Positions 60,644 to 64,000 of a DNA stretch of 64,000 nucleotides are shown here, one piece after another; position 1 is the stretch's first letter, and every line of letters begins with the position of its first letter. The DNA lies in the NCBI GenBank assembly GCA_973895155.1, contig OZ316898.1:16661420-16725419 (forward strand), in the 5' to 3' direction. This DNA is from Marsupella aquatica (Eukaryota; Plantae; Marchantiophyta). Both the position numbers and the translations under genes were made by a program. The notes under the pieces are model-generated. The model was given only the letters and a program-made list of their open reading frames with translations, ran no database searches and was not told the origin of the DNA.

Positions 60644-63600
60644 ATGGCATCCAAGTTTGGAGGTGTCAAGTTTGAGGTGGAAAAATATGATGGGAGAAGC
60701 AGGTTAAGGGAATTCTTTGTGCTATGGGCCTAGATCATCTGCTATCAACTCGGGAGGAGTCTAGCAGTGAGGAGGAGATCCCGTTGAGGAAATGGAGGCA
60801 AGAGCAAGTGATTGCTGTGAATGCGGTTATGCTGTATCTGAAGCCGCATATCATTAAGAAGCTGGACGACTACGAGGATTGCGTATCCTTATTCAAGGCC
60901 CTCAGAGAGAAGTACTACCGAGAGGATGCCTCAGATCGGTTGTACAAGAAGTCTCTCTTGATGAGCTTGAGGCTAAAAGAAGGAGGCAAGCTTCGAGATC
61001 ACTTGGATGAATTCGACAGCCTAGCTGTAGATTTGTCAAATCTTGGCAAGGGAGTGGAAGATGAAGATAAGGCATTGCTTCTTCTCAGTTCCTTACCCCC
61101 ATCGTATCAAGGTTTGAAGCAGGTTCTCTTGTAAAGAGATCTCAAAACCATTTCATATGATGAGGTGGTAAGCTCTTTGTTGTCAGATGATGCACACAAG
61201 AAACTGGGTCATGCCCAGACACCATCTTCATCTGGCAGTGCATTGAATGTGAACCGCGGGAGGACTCAACAGCGGATGACTGGTGAAAACAGGTCCTTTT
61301 CACAAACGTACCCCTCACGGAATAGAGGCAATGAGAAGGCTCGGTCTAAGTCTAGATCCAGGTCTAGAGAGAAATCTCTAGAAAGGAAACCAATTATATG
61401 CTGGAAATGTAACAAGCCTGGCCACATGAAATGAGACTGTCGAGTCAAGCAGACTCATCAACCATCAGCGAACGCAGCCACTGATGTTGATATGATTGAC
61501 TTGCTTGATGATGAAATCTTGTGAAGTCCAGATGTTGCCCTTTGCATTTCATCCAGTAACAACGGTGATGAATGAATTTTAGATTGTGCCTGTACCTATC
61601 ATATTTGTTGTATGAAAGAGTTTTTTACTTCTTACTCAGTATCAACCGGTTCCGTGTTGATGGAGAATGATCATCCTTGTCAAATTGTTGGAATTGGATC
61701 CGTGAAAATTTGTATGTTTGATGGAGCCGTGCGAATAGTGAGTAATGTCAGACACATACCTGACATGAAAAAGAACTTGATTTCTCTTGGAATGCTGGAA
61801 GCAAATGGATGTCGGTGGAGTTCTGCTGATGGTATTCTTCAAGTGTCAACCGGAGGCAAGGTTGTCATGAAGGGTAAGCGGCACAAGAATCTATATTTGT
61901 TGGAGGGCAACGTGATTTGTGAAGAAGCCAATATAACTAGATCTCAAGGCGAGATGACTCAGTTATGGCACTGCAGATTGGGACACATGAGTGAAAAGGG
62001 TTTGACGGTACTTTGCAGGAAAGGACTTCTTTCTAATTTGAAATCTACTAAGCTAGATTCTTGTGAACACTGTGTGCTTGGGAAGCAGCACAGGAGAACC
62101 TTTGGTGTTGGAACTCACAATACCAAAGCTATACTTGAGTATGTACATAGTGATGTGTGGGGTCCAGCCCCAACCTCCTCACTTTCTGGAAAATTGTACT
62201 ATGTCACGTTCATTGATGATTACTCACGGTATGTGTGGATCACATTTCTACATGCCAAGTCTGAAGTTTTTGGCACTTTTAAGAAGTGGAAAGCCCAAAT
62301 TGAGAATCAGACTGGATCCAAGGTGAGATATCTACGATCAAATAACGACGGGGAGTACAGTTCAAGTGAGTTTGAACTATATTGTGCAGAGCAAGGGATT
62401 ACTCGTCATCTCACGACAGTTTATACTCCTCAACAGAATGGTGTTTGTGAGCGGTTAAATCGAACACTATTGGAGCGATCGAGGAGTATGTTGAGCCAAT
62501 CAGGTTTATCGCATGAATTTTGGGCTGAAGCTATAAATACGGCAGCTTATTTGGTAAATCTTTCTCCTTCAAGTGCAATCAATTTCAAGACGCCGTTTGA
62601 AATGAGGTATAGACGGCACGCAGACTATCAGGTTTTGAGAGTCTTTGGAAGTGATGCATATGCTCTCACACCTAAGCAGAATCGATCTAAACTAGATTCT
62701 ACTTCCAAGAAGTATCTTTTTCTTGGTTATCAACCAGGTGTGAAAGGTTACAGGCTATGGGATCCAGAAGCTTGTACGTTGCTTGTCAGTAGAGATGTAT
62801 CCTTTAATGAATCCAGATCATCAAAGGAGGGGGAGAATGCTCAGGCTTCCCGTACTGACAAAGGTAAATCTCCTATCCTGGACCATGTTGTGGGGGAGAT
62901 TGGTCATGAGAGTTTTCATGACATAAATGAAGGAGGTGCTCCGAGAATGGAGCTGGTTCCAATACCTTCCCGTACTGACAAAGGTAAATCTCATATTCTG
63001 GACCATGTTGTGGGGGAGATTGGTCATGAGAGTTTTCTTGACATAAATGAAGGAGGTGCTCCAAGAATGGAGCTGGTTCCGATATTGGAACAAGAGGAGC
63101 AAGTTGTTGTTGGAATACCTCAAATTCAACCAACAGAACAAGATCAACCAGAATCATCAGCTAGAAAATCAAGACGTACTACTCGAGCTCCTACAAGGTA
63201 TGGACAATGGACAGATTCATCAAGGTTAGATGATATTGACATTGCACCTGAAGATGATGACAGAGCACTGATCTCGGAAGAAGGAGAACCTTCTTCTTAT
63301 CATGAGGCGTGCATTTCAGACGAGAAAGATGAATGGAATGCAACGATGCAGAGGGAGTTGAAATCTTTAAGTGACAACAGAACATGGGAGCTGGTGCAAC
63401 TACCAAGTGATCAACAAGTGGTGAATAGCAAGTGGATTTACAAGCTGAAGGACAACTCTTCAGATGGAGGAGACAAGATATACAAGGCAAAGCTTGTTGC
63501 CAAGGGATTCACTCAAGAGAAGGGAGTGGATTACAATGAGGTCTTCTCTCCAGTTGCCAAGTATTCCACGATACGAATTTTGTGTCAACTTGTTGTGTTT

Positions 63601-64000
63601 TTTGATCTGGTGTTAGATCAAATGGATGTTGTTACTGCTTTTCTCTATGGCACCTTGGAAGAACAAATTTTCATGAGGTAACCACTGGGCTTTATGAAGA
63701 AGGGGCCAAGAGAGTTTAGTTTGCAGGTTGCTTAAGTCCTTGCATGGATTGAAGCAAGCTCCTCGACAGTGGAACAAGCGGTTTGATGATTTCATGCTTG
63801 TACAAGGATTCACTAGGATGGTGTATGACCCTTGTGTGTATACAAAATCAGTCAAGAATGGTGTGTTTGGTTTGCTCATTCTGGTGCTCTATGTGGATGA
63901 CATGTTGATTGCGGCTAAGGATCAAACTGAGGTTGACAAACTCAAAGCAAAATTGAGTTCTGAATTCCGAATGAAGGATCTTGAGAAAGCCAAGAGGATC
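60644..64000 (+). pseudogene. Broken copia gag-pol
   Basis: MASKFGGVKFEVEKYDG; LLLSSLPPSY; CWKCNKPGH; WHCRLGH..CEHC; HSDVWGP; RSNNDGEY (catalytic Asp appears lost); QQNGVCER; QMDVVTAFL; YVDD near 63890. Stops at 61132, 61432, 63679 and elsewhere. Confidence 0.95.
62846..63080 (+). repeat. In-frame 120-bp tandem duplication in the integrase-RT linker
   Basis: SRTDKGKS.ILDHVVGEIGHESF.DINEGGAPRMELVP occurs twice. Confidence 0.95.

Larger units (their letters stand above)
58600..64000 (+). mobile_element. Degenerate Ty1/copia LTR retrotransposon (Tnt1-like); continues off the right edge
   Basis: LTR, tRNA-iMet PBS, 1.7-kb leader, then gag-PR-INT-RT order. Confidence 0.95.

Overview
Eukaryotic land-plant genomic DNA with intron-rich genes among transposon debris; a bryophyte-grade host is my inference only. 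Host genes: a WAV2/ABHD13-like alpha/beta hydrolase (7966-11093, with a U12-type intron), a membrane-anchored ARM-repeat gene (17101-19852), and RAPTOR (45993-57104, about 23 coding exons). There is also an internally deleted DVR (divinyl chlorophyllide reductase) pseudogene that the ORF track misses, two decayed Ty1/copia elements running off the window ends, and a CRE-like LINE relic. The standout is a young 9,980-bp Ty3/gypsy-type element (32582-42561, 4-bp TSD ATAG). Its polyprotein is Gag(2xCCHC)-protease-DNMT3-like C5 cytosine methyltransferase-RT-RNaseH-DDE integrase-PHD finger. Instead of two LTRs it has split repeats, A-internal-B-gc-A-B. The integrase-type ends (TGTCATG...CACGACA) also occur abutted inside the element as a palindromic CA-GC-TG junction, and the PBS looks self-priming. 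This layout is what a 2-LTR circle opened at an internal att site would give, suggesting a DDE retrotransposon that integrates through a circle and carries both a DNA-methylation writer and a histone reader. All calls come from reading the sequence by eye; no searches were run.
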